Shown piece by piece: positions 13,187 through 24,093 of a stretch of DNA of 64,000 nt. How positions within the stretch are numbered: position 1 is the stretch's first letter; the number at the start of each line of letters is the position of its first letter. A program made the translations under genes and the position numbers. The stretch lies in contig NEEC01000009.1 in NCBI GenBank assembly GCA_002189035.1, positions 3,038,001 through 3,102,000 of the forward strand. The letters are read 5' to 3'. The notes under the pieces are model-generated. The model made no database searches. It was not told the DNA's origin and worked only from the letters and a program-made list of their open reading frames with translations. Source of the DNA: Utricularia gibba (Eukaryota; Plantae; Magnoliophyta).

Positions 13187-13794
13187 ATGGGGATATTGAT
13201 CTCTCTGTTCGTTCTGTTCTTGGCAGTTATAGTTCTGGTCCTGATTCACATATGTATTGTGAGCAGAACTTTGGGCGGGCAGGGAGAAGGAATGGTGTTT
13301 ATGGTGGACACGAGGAGGAGATTGGGGGTAGAAGCATGACACGTGGCGAAATTGAGAAGCTCCCGAGTTTTCATTTCACCTTGCCAGGGAAGACGTCGAG
13401 TCTGGCGGGGGCGGATTGCGCCGTGTGCCTGGAGAATTTCAGGGCTGGGGAAAAGTGCAGGCTTTTGCCTTCTTGTAATCACAGCTTTCACGCTGAGTGC
13501 GTAGATGCTTGGCTTTTGAGAAGCTCCGTTTGCCCCGTTTGCAGAACGGGGGCTAATCTTCGGAAAGATGGTTTCTTTCCTGATAAAATACTCACCCAGA
13601 GTCGTTCTCTTCCAGTTCAAACCACATCATCTGGAGAAAATGAGGTTGCTATTCAGATACGCGAAGGTGTAAATATGGATGGAAATTCATCCATCACCGA
13701 AGTTGAGAAACTCCCTCCATACCTTTCTGTAAATGAAAAAGAAGCAAGATTTGCCCAATCTAATCCTCTTGGGAAGGGAATGATGATCACTTGA
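13187..13794 (+). CDS. ATL-family RING-H2 E3 ligase (intronless), split by a -1 frameshift near 13270-13276
   Basis: Frame 1 gives N-terminal TM helix MGILISLFVLFLAVIVLVLIHICIV; the -1 frame gives the GLD-like IEKLP motif and RING-H2 CAVCLENF...CRLLPSCNHSFHAECVDAWL...CPVCR. Confidence 0.82.
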
Positions 13795-15709
13795 CCCGAA
13801 AGGAAGATGGGTTTCTTTTTACTTTGTATTTGATTCCTGGTTCGTATCCAATGGATTGTATGGTGTATGCCGTAATAAATACATGGTTTCTGAGGCAGGG
13901 TTTACTGTACTGATTCCCCGGCCAGAGGCGAAAAGAAAAAGCTTTTTTTGTGGGTTCAGATAGCAAGTTGTGTTTTTCGTCTTCCTAGTTCCTGGCTTTT
14001 CTATATATATCAGATCTGAAGAGTTGAGATCTTCGGGAATATGACGCGAATAAAGCGGCGTACTCCGATGGTTTGCTGCTGAAGACTTGAGGTTGCATTC
14101 ATGGTAATGATACAACACCGCAAACTCCGAGGTCCCAACTTTGCCTTTCCCACTCCTCCCCTGTCATACTCCGCTTTGTAAAGGGAGAGAGTGTCTGAAA
14201 TCCTCCGTTTTCCTCCTGCATTTCCGGGGGGGTTCTGTTTCATGGGTAATCATCAATGTCTGCATCTAATTTCTAATTTTGCGTTCAGGAATCAAGGGCG
14301 ATGGGAAGCGAGGTTTGTACGAAATTTTCAGGAATCGCAACTGCGGTTGTTAACCACGTCGCCTCCACACGTATCAAGCGCCTGCGGTCTCTGAAACCAC
14401 CCAGTAAAACTAGCACTTGAAGATCTGATGACGATGATGATTTTTTTCGTCAATTGTTACGGTTAAATGGGTTTCCATGATTCAACGATTCCTAGCCGCT
14501 CCATTGTGAAATTTGAAGGTGGTCACACTTCTGAAACTGTGGTTGATGGAAGAGAGCTAGAAATTTCGAATCCCTTTTCTCGATGTGAGCTTCCAGTACC
14601 TTTATTCATGTTTTGGTGTTTTGGGTATCTGCACTGTTTGTTGATTTCCTTTCTTGTACATTACCCCATTCCCATCTGCTTTACCACCCTAGAAGAAGAT
14701 GAAGCTATTTCTGACTTTCTTTTAGCTTATTCATTTTCTCAGTTTAACTTTGCTCTCTTCAGCTGAATGCACCTATTTCTGTTAGCAGATAGCAGGATTC
14801 GGTATCAGCGCAGGGACACTATGACCATGTCCATGCAATGAACCATTCGAAAGGTTTCAACTGTGGATGATAGTGGCAATGCATATGCTGCTGATACCAT
14901 GAACTTGGCACAAAATTAACGAGACCAGTTTAGTGATTATCATCTGCATCAATCATTTTCTCCTCCAGGAACTCGATGTGGACCAGTTTTCCGGCCCCGG
15001 GGACCTTCATGATCTCACTAGAAGACGAACCCCCACCATCTGAAACAAGAGAGCACACCCCAAGAAGAAGCCATGCTCTTACAGTCACGACTGCTCCCAT
15101 CACCAGCGGCACCAACCTTCCAGGCCTCAAACTGACTAACAGTTGCAGAGAGCCAATGATGCACCAAATGAATCATCTTTGGAGCTGTACAAGAGCAAGG
15201 TAGCCGCCGGGTAGCAAAGTCATCAAGGCCGTTGAGTAAAGAGATCTTGATCAGAATGTAAGGTCAAGACATAACTATGTGAAGCTATGGCTAGGTGTAT
15301 TAATTCATTATAACTCACAAGAGTAGATGTTGAATGATAATCCACTTCTTTTCTTATTGCAGTATTGTATTCTGTTTCAGTTCTAGCAAAACCAGTAAAT
15401 CTGTCTTCCATTTTTTATAGTGAAGGTTTTAGCCAAAGCAAAACATAAACACACACTGTGGGAAGTTATCAAGTTCTTAAATGTGCTTCCCTTCCAAGAA
15501 TGACCATGTGGTCACAAAGCCGTCAAACAACAGAAAAAAATCAATCTCAGGGATATCAATGATCATCCTTTTCAGTGTGGCATTCCATTCACAAATCAAT
15601 GTCTTCACCCGGAGCAGCATCCTCTATTTTAACCATATGCTGCGTGAATCCGCCGAGTGTAGTGGCAGCTTCTTAGCCTCTGGATCGCCGGAGTGAAGTT
15701 AGAAACTTG

Positions 15710-16806
15710 TTAGACTTCTGCTGCTTTGTGCATCCAAGTTAAGTCCAACTTGGGAGAAGTTAGATCATCATCTGTGGTTTCATTGGATCGGGAAGCATAT
15801 TTGCCCTTCTTAGACCATAACCAAATCTTGGAAACAGAATAGCTATCAGTCTTTGTTCCGATGCTTATCTTCTTTCCAGTGTTGCCACCGTCTAAAGAAG
15901 GATCACCAGATTCCAGTGTTTGTATAGTACAGAGTCTCGGGCTTTTTCTTGCAGTATTAGAACTCAAAGCCACCCTGAGATTCGTGTCTCCAACAATATA
16001 CTGATAGGAGCCCATGGAGTAGCATCTTCTGGCATCAAGCCTACTACTGCTACTTCCTTCTTCTTCACCAACTACTGCTTTATCCACCTTCCTAAACTTT
16101 CCGAGCCTAACAGGGAAAACCCCTTCCCTCGCACAATTTCTTCAATTTCAACACGTTTTTGGAATACTGAGAGTCCATTGTCCGTATGGTTTTGGCAGCC
16201 ATCTTCTTCCCTAGATTCTTGGTAATCAAAAATTGGATTTTCCATCGGGAAACCAGCATTGAAAAGAGTACCTCTACAGAGAGGGCAGCTTGAATTAGAT
16301 AGCAGCCAAGTATCAATGCAGCTTATATGAAAAGCGTGGCTACATATAGGCAGTAATCTCAGTTGATCTGTCTCAGTGAACTCACACAGACAAACAGCGC
16401 AATCGAGAGGTTCTTTTGGTCCTTCGATCTCTTTGTATTGAAAGACAGGCAATGCATCTATAAAAGCTTGATCTAAGCCGGAATCATGCAAGTTAAAGAG
16501 CTGCTGGAGCTGTCTTTCGAGAGCATCAGATGTTGATTCATCCATGTTTCTATTAGACTCATGGGATGAAGATGGGTTCTTCATAAGAAATCTAATAAGC
16601 AAGTGAAGAAGACCAGAAATGAAGAAGAGAACAGCTAAGATTACTATGATGAAGAGAACTGCAGGACTAATCCTTGATTCTCGGTGGTAGTTACTCCCAA
16701 AACCATCCAATGAGTGAACTGGCGATGGGCTTATTCCATCTTTTTGATGGCGAATCCATGAAACTTTCAAATGGGCATGTCCAGAATTCCATCTCTGCAC
16801 TTCCAT
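15710..16806 (-). CDS. ATL46: ATL46/47-like RING-H2 E3 ligase (intronless), -1 frameshift at 16120-16123
   Basis: RISPAVLFIIVILAVLFFISGLLHLL TM, LHDSGLDQAFIDALPVF, RING-H2; after the shift VFPVRLGKF...LDARRCYSMGSYQY and KTDSYSVSKIWLWSKK, all recalled ATL46-clade motifs. Confidence 0.87.
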
Positions 16807-18177
16807 TTCTGCTTTGGCATAAACAGCACCAACAGAAACAAACTTCTGCTACATCTATTCCCAATCAAAACCGTGTATAAGCCGGCGACCCTCAAAGTCA
16901 AAACAAGCTACAAAAAACTAAATCTTTGACCAAGTTGTCTGAAAGCACCAACACCAGAAAGTGAAGAAGAAACAAGATCGTAGCGAGGAAAAAATAACAG
17001 CTTCTACTCCTTTTCAGTTTCAAAGCCTCAAGAGATTGATTACCGTTTAAAGAAAGGGCAACAATAGTACATCCATCTCGCTCATTCGGAAACATTGCAC
17101 CCAGAGAAACACAAGAATAGTTACTTTAAAGACTGAATCTTTACCCAATCTGATACCAGCTCGCCGTTCACCCAACCCCTCATAGGCGGTCTTGTTCAGA
17201 CAAGAAATATAGCCCTAAACAAGAACCCCTTTCTTGGAATTGTTGCCGAAAAGATGGCAAGAAAAACTGCACAAGCTCCAGACCAATTTGAAACTGAAGA
17301 CATCACATGAATACATAATAGCACCAAAATAGACAGAAAAAGAAACAGTAGATAATCCAGTCCAGTATCACAAGAGTTCTTCAAAACAGAAGTAGGAAGA
17401 AATTGTAGACAAGTGGGGAATGGGGAAAGCACTAGTTTCCAAAGCACCGATAAAGCTGTATGCAACGCCATAACAAAGACAAGGCTTTTAATTTTTTTTA
17501 AAAGAAAAAGAAACGGAAAAGGAAAAGCAAGGAGGGAAAGCGAAAGATTCGGATTTGGGATTTGGATCCCACGCGCCGCCAGTGACCCTCCCTGTAGACA
17601 GTTATCTCTTCTCTTACTTTCGTAAACAACAAACACAAAACTTGACTGCGTTCTTACATCAGGGGGGAAAAAACACTATGTCTGACTTTCGTCTCTGCTC
17701 GACCAGTCGGTCTCACAGTCAGGCAGGCTTGCACCATTCCGCTCACGAGCAGAATCGAGACTACCTTCCCACACCTCCGTTACTCTTAGAACAGCGCACT
17801 CTAGAATGGTTTACTTCGAGGTAAGATTACTCTGAGTTTCAGACTAAAGTTTATTACTTTTTAAATCAAACAACAAATTGATCGACTTATGCATCAATTT
17901 TGTGAAACAGAAAGCACCGGAAGTGAGTTTGCCGGCGTCACTCTTCCGTGTTACTTTCGCCGGAGCCTTCAGTTTGAAGGAACTTTTAAGGCTTGATTGG
18001 GAATATTGGCCGCTTCTTAGGGTTGGGATTTTTAAAGTTTGATCATTTTGAACTTCAGAATTATTATTGTACCATCTTGTGTCCGGTTCTGGGTAAAATC
18101 GCTTCGGCTGTCATGAGAATCTTGGGGAGACAAGTGCTTGAACTAAATACAGGTGTTTAAGAAAAGCAAAGAAATTA

Positions 18178-18319
18178 TGTACTGATGAAGCCTAGATGGT
18201 GGAAGTTCTTGATATTGATCGCTGTCCATATTGAGTCTGCAGAGCAAGTGTACTGATGAAGCCTAGACGGTGAAACTTCTTGATATTGGTCGCCGACAAT
18301 ATTGATTCTGCGGAGCAAG
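18178..18319. repeat. Tandem duplication, 2 x 71 bp, 62/71 identical, spanning the GLR stop codon
   Basis: Copies 18178-18248 and 18249-18319 aligned by hand, 9 mismatches. Confidence 0.9.
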
Positions 18320-21300
18320 TTCAATCTCTTGTGATGGAAAATGCTCCTGTGACTCTGATAGTAACTCTTCCTCCATTTCCATGTCTTCTGTCACATGCAT
18401 GAAATCACCACCTGGTTCAGTGGCGCTGGGAAAGTTTACGCTGAGAGAGTCGTAACTGAACGACCGCCTTAGATCCCGGAAATCCTGGTCTCTCTGAAGG
18501 AAAAGTAGAACTAATTTCATTATTTTCCTCCACATTGTGGAACCAGGATCAGAGCCATTAAGGACGTTCCGATGTTGATATAAGAATGTGATTGTGTAGC
18601 CCACAAGTGACACAACCGCAACACTTCCAACAATCACAAAGAGCCCCCAAAAGCTTTCTAGACCAAGTTTAGTGGAAGACACTGAGGTACTTGAACATTC
18701 TGTAGAATCTCCTAACCAGAAATTTTCAATTCTATTCATTATGTCACTCTCTGTCACATTCAGTATTGCTCTTGACATGTCAGGTACTATCGGAGACCCC
18801 AATGGGAAAGCCTAAAAACAATAATATCATGTAAGTCCTATTGGTGATCAAATATGCTTTACTGAGAAGGTGGAAAGCTAAGATTTTTACTTACAAAGCC
18901 AAAGCCACCTGTTTTGTATATGGGACCAACCATTGTGTATCTTGAGCAGTATTGAGCTAGAAAGCGCTTTAGCTATGGAATTTCATCGAAAGCTGCTGAT
19001 ATGCCACCATTCCCATTTCCTTTTTGAAACAGCTCATGGAGTTCACTTGAGCTGCTATATGGTAGCAACCTTGAGTTATTAAATTGCATGTCTCTAAGAA
19101 ATCCCAATACGAATGATCCATCCTGATAACCAACATATGCATTGCTTTGGATAAGTGTAATAGCATCTGCTACAGAAGGTTGTAGCTGTTGAACCGTCAG
19201 TAAAGAAGATAGACTAGCTGTGTAGCTCTGTGTTAGGATGAGAACTAGAAAGAACCACATGATCAGCAAAGCTCTAGAATAGTTACTCAGTATGCTCTCC
19301 TCTGTAGAGAGAAACGAACAAGTAAGAAGATTTCATAAAACCATTGTATTAAATGCTACTTTAGTGTTAGAACTCACTCTGAGAAAAGACCATGGTGGAG
19401 AATCCAAACCAAAGCATCATTCCCAATTGATTCCAGAAAGGGCCTCTAAATTCATTGTTGATTCTGTGTTCTAGAACCCAAATTATCAACCCTATGAATA
19501 TAAATGAGCACAAACTTGTTATCCAAAGCCGCCAAGAGAGTGGCTTTAGAAACAACCATGCCCTGTTCTTCTTATTTATGTATGGTACAATCATTGAAAT
19601 ACCAGTCTCACTAAAGGTAAGAGTGAAATCTGTCATTTGTGATCTCTTTGCTGTGATTGTCAAATCCCCAACTATTGCATCACATTTCTGTTCATCATGC
19701 AACACCAAAGTTAGCTTTAATGAATTCTTGTTGTTCCCTAAGAAATATTTTTCTTTGTCCTACTGCTGTGAAAGTACTTACCCCACGATATAATTGATCT
19801 ACCATGTCATCATAACTACCGAAGCTGTTGTTTTCCCAAGCAAAAGGGATGTACTCATATGGTAGACCGTATGGTAATTCTCGAATCACTTGCTCAAAAA
19901 CATCAGGACAAAACCCATCTACATGTGTTGAGTTGTCTGAGTTCCACCGCACTCTAACAAACTCATCAAATCCATCTTTTACTGTTACCAGAACTCGTAG
20001 TTTCTTTTCATTTACTGGTATCACCCAACCCTTGGGTGGAGAATATTTGATGCCTGGCCATACAATGGATCCGAAGCTAGTATTTGATGTAGAATATGAA
20101 CTAGAATCGTTATTCAATGAGTTTAGTTGTGTAGCAATTCCATTCTCCTCAGTCCAATATGCCACTTGTTTGACCAACTACATTAACCACCTCATATGCA
20201 GGGGTCATAAGCTGGTGATCAACTAACTTGAAGCTTCCAGCGAGCCCAGTGAAGGTTGTGCTTGACAATTCCTGAACAAGATTCAATCCACCACTAAAGA
20301 CCCAATGCTTTCAAGGTCAGTGGCATTATTTGATATATTTGGCATTAAAAAAGCAGCACCTGCTACGTTAACTGTATTTTCAATAGCCAAGGCTACTGCA
20401 GTTGCAGTGTCATAGGCCAAAAGTCCAAAAATGTTGAGTTCCTGATGGGAAGATGCTCCATTTTTTCCTCGAACCTGATCATTGTACCGTTCTTGAAAGT
20501 TTTCAAGCTCCCTTGTTTGTGGGACGTGAGGTCTTACACCCAAGACTCCTACCATGGAGTTCAATACTGCTGGACTGAGAGAATTCAATTGATTTTCCAT
20601 TGCATCACTTATAATCCATGCATAATCTCCACTCGTCATCCCAAGATGGTGTGCCTTTAAGAAGAAACGAGCTCCAAGATCGCTGGTCAAATGGACGACA
20701 AAAACTCTCGTTTGCATGGCCATCAGTCTGTAAAGCTCGTAAGAGATCTGATCATCTGTTGCTGATGAAGGGAGCGCACTCCTGTAAGGTATGCGCACTC
20801 TGATTTGTTCCAAAGCATCACTTAAGCAAGGAATGATTCCCTGTCCAAACAGATTATCCACAACAACTGGCACAGTTTGCCTCCATCCAAAAGCTTGGAT
20901 TATTGCAGTTATAGCCCTCACTTGTGAGCAATCACTGAAGGAACCTCTGAAGAAGTATTGGATGGATGACAAGTAAAGGCTTGTACCTGTAAATGTCACC
21001 ATGGGGACATGCGCCTCATCTACTAGAGAGGTCACAAAGCCTGCTTCCATTGATGAAGAAGGACCTATGATCGCCTTTACTTGCACATTCTTAAGTAAAT
21101 CCAGAGCTGCATTTTACCAAGGAAACTCAGTCAGCTCCTCAACCTTGGCATCCATACAGACAACCTTCAACTTCATTGCACAAATCTAATCAGAATTATC
21201 TAAAAATTGAAAGGAAAATTCTTTTTTTTCATTTTGTACAGTCATTACCCGCTGCGGCTGCAGAAAGAACATCTCCATGGGAGTCCCGTGGATGGAGCAG

Positions 21301-21501
21301 GACCCTGGTGTTGAAATATGAATGAGTGGCGTAGAAATCTGAGAGCGCCATGGATATGCAGCTCATACCCATCTCCCCTTCGGCAGCCTTCATATCCAGA
21401 ACTACGCCGACGCTCACCGGAACGCTCGACGGCGACACATGTATGGAAAACAGAGGAAAAACCAAATAAAGTGCCCGCAACAGATTAGAAAGCCTCGTCA
21501 T
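18263..21501 (-). pseudogene. Glutamate receptor-like channel, clade 2 (GLR2.x), 5 exons, disrupted
   Basis: Signal peptide + VGVVLD, VKAIIGP, YDTA, WPG..SPPKGW, DAIVGDLTI, SYTASLSSLLTV, FDEIP motifs. Lesions: -1 shift at 20301-20303, second shift near 20170-20180, in-frame TAG at 18973-18975 replacing the conserved Tyr of DEIPY. Confidence 0.8.
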
Positions 21502-21809
21502 TTCAAAGCCAGAAGAAGCTCACATGCATCACTACATCGATTGGTGAAGTTTTCTGACCTGATTTAAAGTCAGAATTTTCAACCTTCAAACGCAATCTTT
21601 TTCGTTGATTGCTAACATGACCAACGCAATCTTTTTCGTTGGTCGGCTGCTGGATGATGAATAAAGTACAAATATAGAAAATATAATTTACATTTGAAGG
21701 CTTTTGTTTATTGTGATTTAAATCAATCAATATTATAAAAAAAGGATTTGGGTCAAAAATATAATATAATATTAATTAACAAAGTTTAATTAATGAGAGA
21801 AAAGAAAAA

Positions 21810-23243
21810 TCAGGAGGAAGCATTGAATCCGGAGGAAACATCGAGGAGCTCCTCCCAATTCACTTCTTCTTCATCCTCACCGTCTTCCTTCACCACATCC
21901 AATACTCTCCTAATCATCTCCTTTCCGCGCTCATTCACTGTACTCAGCAAATTCACCATCACTTCTTCAGCTCCGGCGGCCTTCGCCGCCCCCTTAAACC
22001 TCCGGCCGCCGTAGCTCAGGCCATAAACCGCCGAGAGGCAGCTTTTCCTCACCGCCGGTGATGATTGGGTCTTCCCACAACGTAGCAACTCGATGAAACA
22101 CTCCACAGCTCCGGCGTCGAGCATGGCGGCCCTGCCCTCAGGGCTACAAGCCAGATTGCGCAACACCAGCATCACTAGACTTGACATATGGCTGGATTTC
22201 ACCATCGCCAGCAGTGTCTGGGCAGCCCCGAGTTTGGTGAGTTTCACGCGGTTGCTTTCCACTATGGATAGATGGTACAGGGCCAACGCAGAGTCGTGAC
22301 GAGTTGGCGGCGAATCGGAACGCAGTGCTTGGAGAAGAGGAGCTAAAGCCCCTAATACTCCGATGGCCGCTTGGTTCTGATCATCTGTGGATAAACTGAA
22401 CAATGCGCCGGCGGCGTGGTCACGGGACTCGGGGAATCCGTCGTTAAGAACATCGATGAGGGGCTGGATGAACCCAGATCTTACGATTTTCCCCTTGTTC
22501 CGGTTCTCCAAAGAAATGTTAACCAGCACCGCAGTTGCATTCACTTGCAGAGCTTGATGTTTTGAGGCGATTAACGCTTTCACGGCGGAGAGAAGCCTCG
22601 GAGTGCAGAGCGCAGCGCGGATCGATTCTCTGGTTCTCGAGAGTTCCCTCAGCCGAACCAACGCCTCTTTTTGCTTATCAATTGCAGGGTTTTTCAGATC
22701 AGCGATGAGCTCTTCTTCCTCCATCGACAAACCCTCGGCCTCGCTAGACGACGGAGATGAACAGCACGATGGCCAAACCCTAGACTGAGGCGGAGTCGCG
22801 AAACCAGTTGTTGGGGCGGCGAAATCCTCGGAGCTTGGAATCGACACATCGCTGGGCGACTCCACTCTATGCAGCCTGTGAATCAATTTGGACACAATTT
22901 CAACCGCAGTCCCAGAATCAAGGGGTTCCGGGGGACCGACGAGATTCCGGCGGCACCAGTTTCCAATAGCGGCCTTGATCGCTAAATTAGGCACAACAAT
23001 GGAGAAATCTACGACGCCGGCACCGCCAGGCAGAGGAGGATTGAAAGAAAGGGAACTGCAAGCATTAAGTATATCACGCTCAAAGGTGTGGCCAGATGAG
23101 ACAATCACAGGATCCGCCATTATCAAACCGGAAAGCGAGCACCGAAACTCATCCGGTATTCCTTCCGCAACTCCCGGGTCGCGACTGTGAGCCTCCTTGG
23201 ACTTGTGGAAGGAGATCCTCCACCTCTGCTTCTCGTTCCCCAT
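21810..23243 (-). CDS. PUB40: U-box/ARM E3 ligase, PUB38-41 clade (PUB40-like), intronless
   Basis: MGNEKQRWRISFHK start, U-box PDEFRCSLSG..MADPVIVSSGHTFER, PNLAIK, ARM repeats (NATAVLVNISLE, DHAAGALFSL). The 23363 ORF start is a TTG; first ATG is 23243. Confidence 0.87.
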   Translation of the reverse strand: MGNEKQRWRISFHKSKEAHSRDPGVAEGIPDEFRCSLSGLIMADPVIVSSGHTFERDILNACSSLSFNPPLPGGAGVVDFSIVVPNLAIKAAIGNWCRRNLVGPPEPLDSGTAVEIVSKLIHRLHRVESPSDVSIPSSEDFAAPTTGFATPPQSRVWPSCCSSPSSSEAEGLSMEEEELIADLKNPAIDKQKEALVRLRELSRTRESIRAALCTPRLLSAVKALIASKHQALQVNATAVLVNISLENRNKGKIVRSGFIQPLIDVLNDGFPESRDHAAGALFSLSTDDQNQAAIGVLGALAPLLQALRSDSPPTRHDSALALYHLSIVESNRVKLTKLGAAQTLLAMVKSSHMSSLVMLVLRNLACSPEGRAAMLDAGAVECFIELLRCGKTQSSPAVRKSCLSAVYGLSYGGRRFKGAAKAAGAEEVMVNLLSTVNERGKEMIRRVLDVVKEDGEDEEEVNWEELLDVSSGFNASS

Positions 23244-24093
23244 GTCCAAGAAGAAGACGCAGAAGGCCTCCCAGCGGAAAAGGGTCGCCGTGTGAAGAGG
23301 ACTTCCCGTGTCCTTTAACGAAAAGCACAAGGAATCGCAGGCGCAATAATTCCATGCCAGCAATCAATCATCAACCCCTGCGCTTTTCCTCGTCTTCGCC
23401 ATTCCCAGTGAAGTGCCGTGCAATCAATTTTCTATGTTTTTTTGGTAATAACTTTTATTTTATACGACATTACATATAGTATTAATTTACACCATAACTA
23501 TTGATTTGAATTTTTTTAAAGTATCATTTATTAGGTGTTTAATAAAAAATTGACAGGATATCTAATGTATTTATATATCAATATTTATGAAATATATGAT
23601 TAAAATGTATTATTTTTTATATAAAATGATATTTTGTATCCTATCAAACTCATACATCATTATCATCACATTTTTTATTTTATCAGAGTTATTACCAATT
23701 ATACTAGAAATTTAATTTAAGAATATAATATATAAATTATATTTCACGAACACAAAATTTTTTCATGTATTCCTCAAATGTTTTTTTAATGATGAATTTG
23801 GAGTTTATATTTTTAAAAAAGACAAGAAAAATATTGGGGGCCCACTTCATGGCCCACGGAGGCGCATCAGAACAGAAATCTGGGAAATCTCATTATCATT
23901 TAATTGGTTTAAGGGAAAAACTGACCGAACGGGTAATCAGTGGCTTAGGCGCGATGCCGGATCTGTAAATTCCCCATCACCACCCAACATCAACTCCAAC
24001 AAGGAATTGGTGGGAAGGCAATCCCCATCTGAAAGGTCCCATATTTGGCTTCAGTAGCCACGCGCAGGAACTGGGTTGCTAACCAATTCATCA

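Noticed and set aside
15250-15275. TCTTGACCTT on the minus strand resembles the tasiR-ARF core of TAS3
   Set aside because: Only 10 nt match and no miR390 sites nearby.
17678-17826. Plus-strand 48-codon ORF ending at a good GAG|GTAAGA donor
   Set aside because: No downstream exon or homology identifiable; such donors occur by chance.
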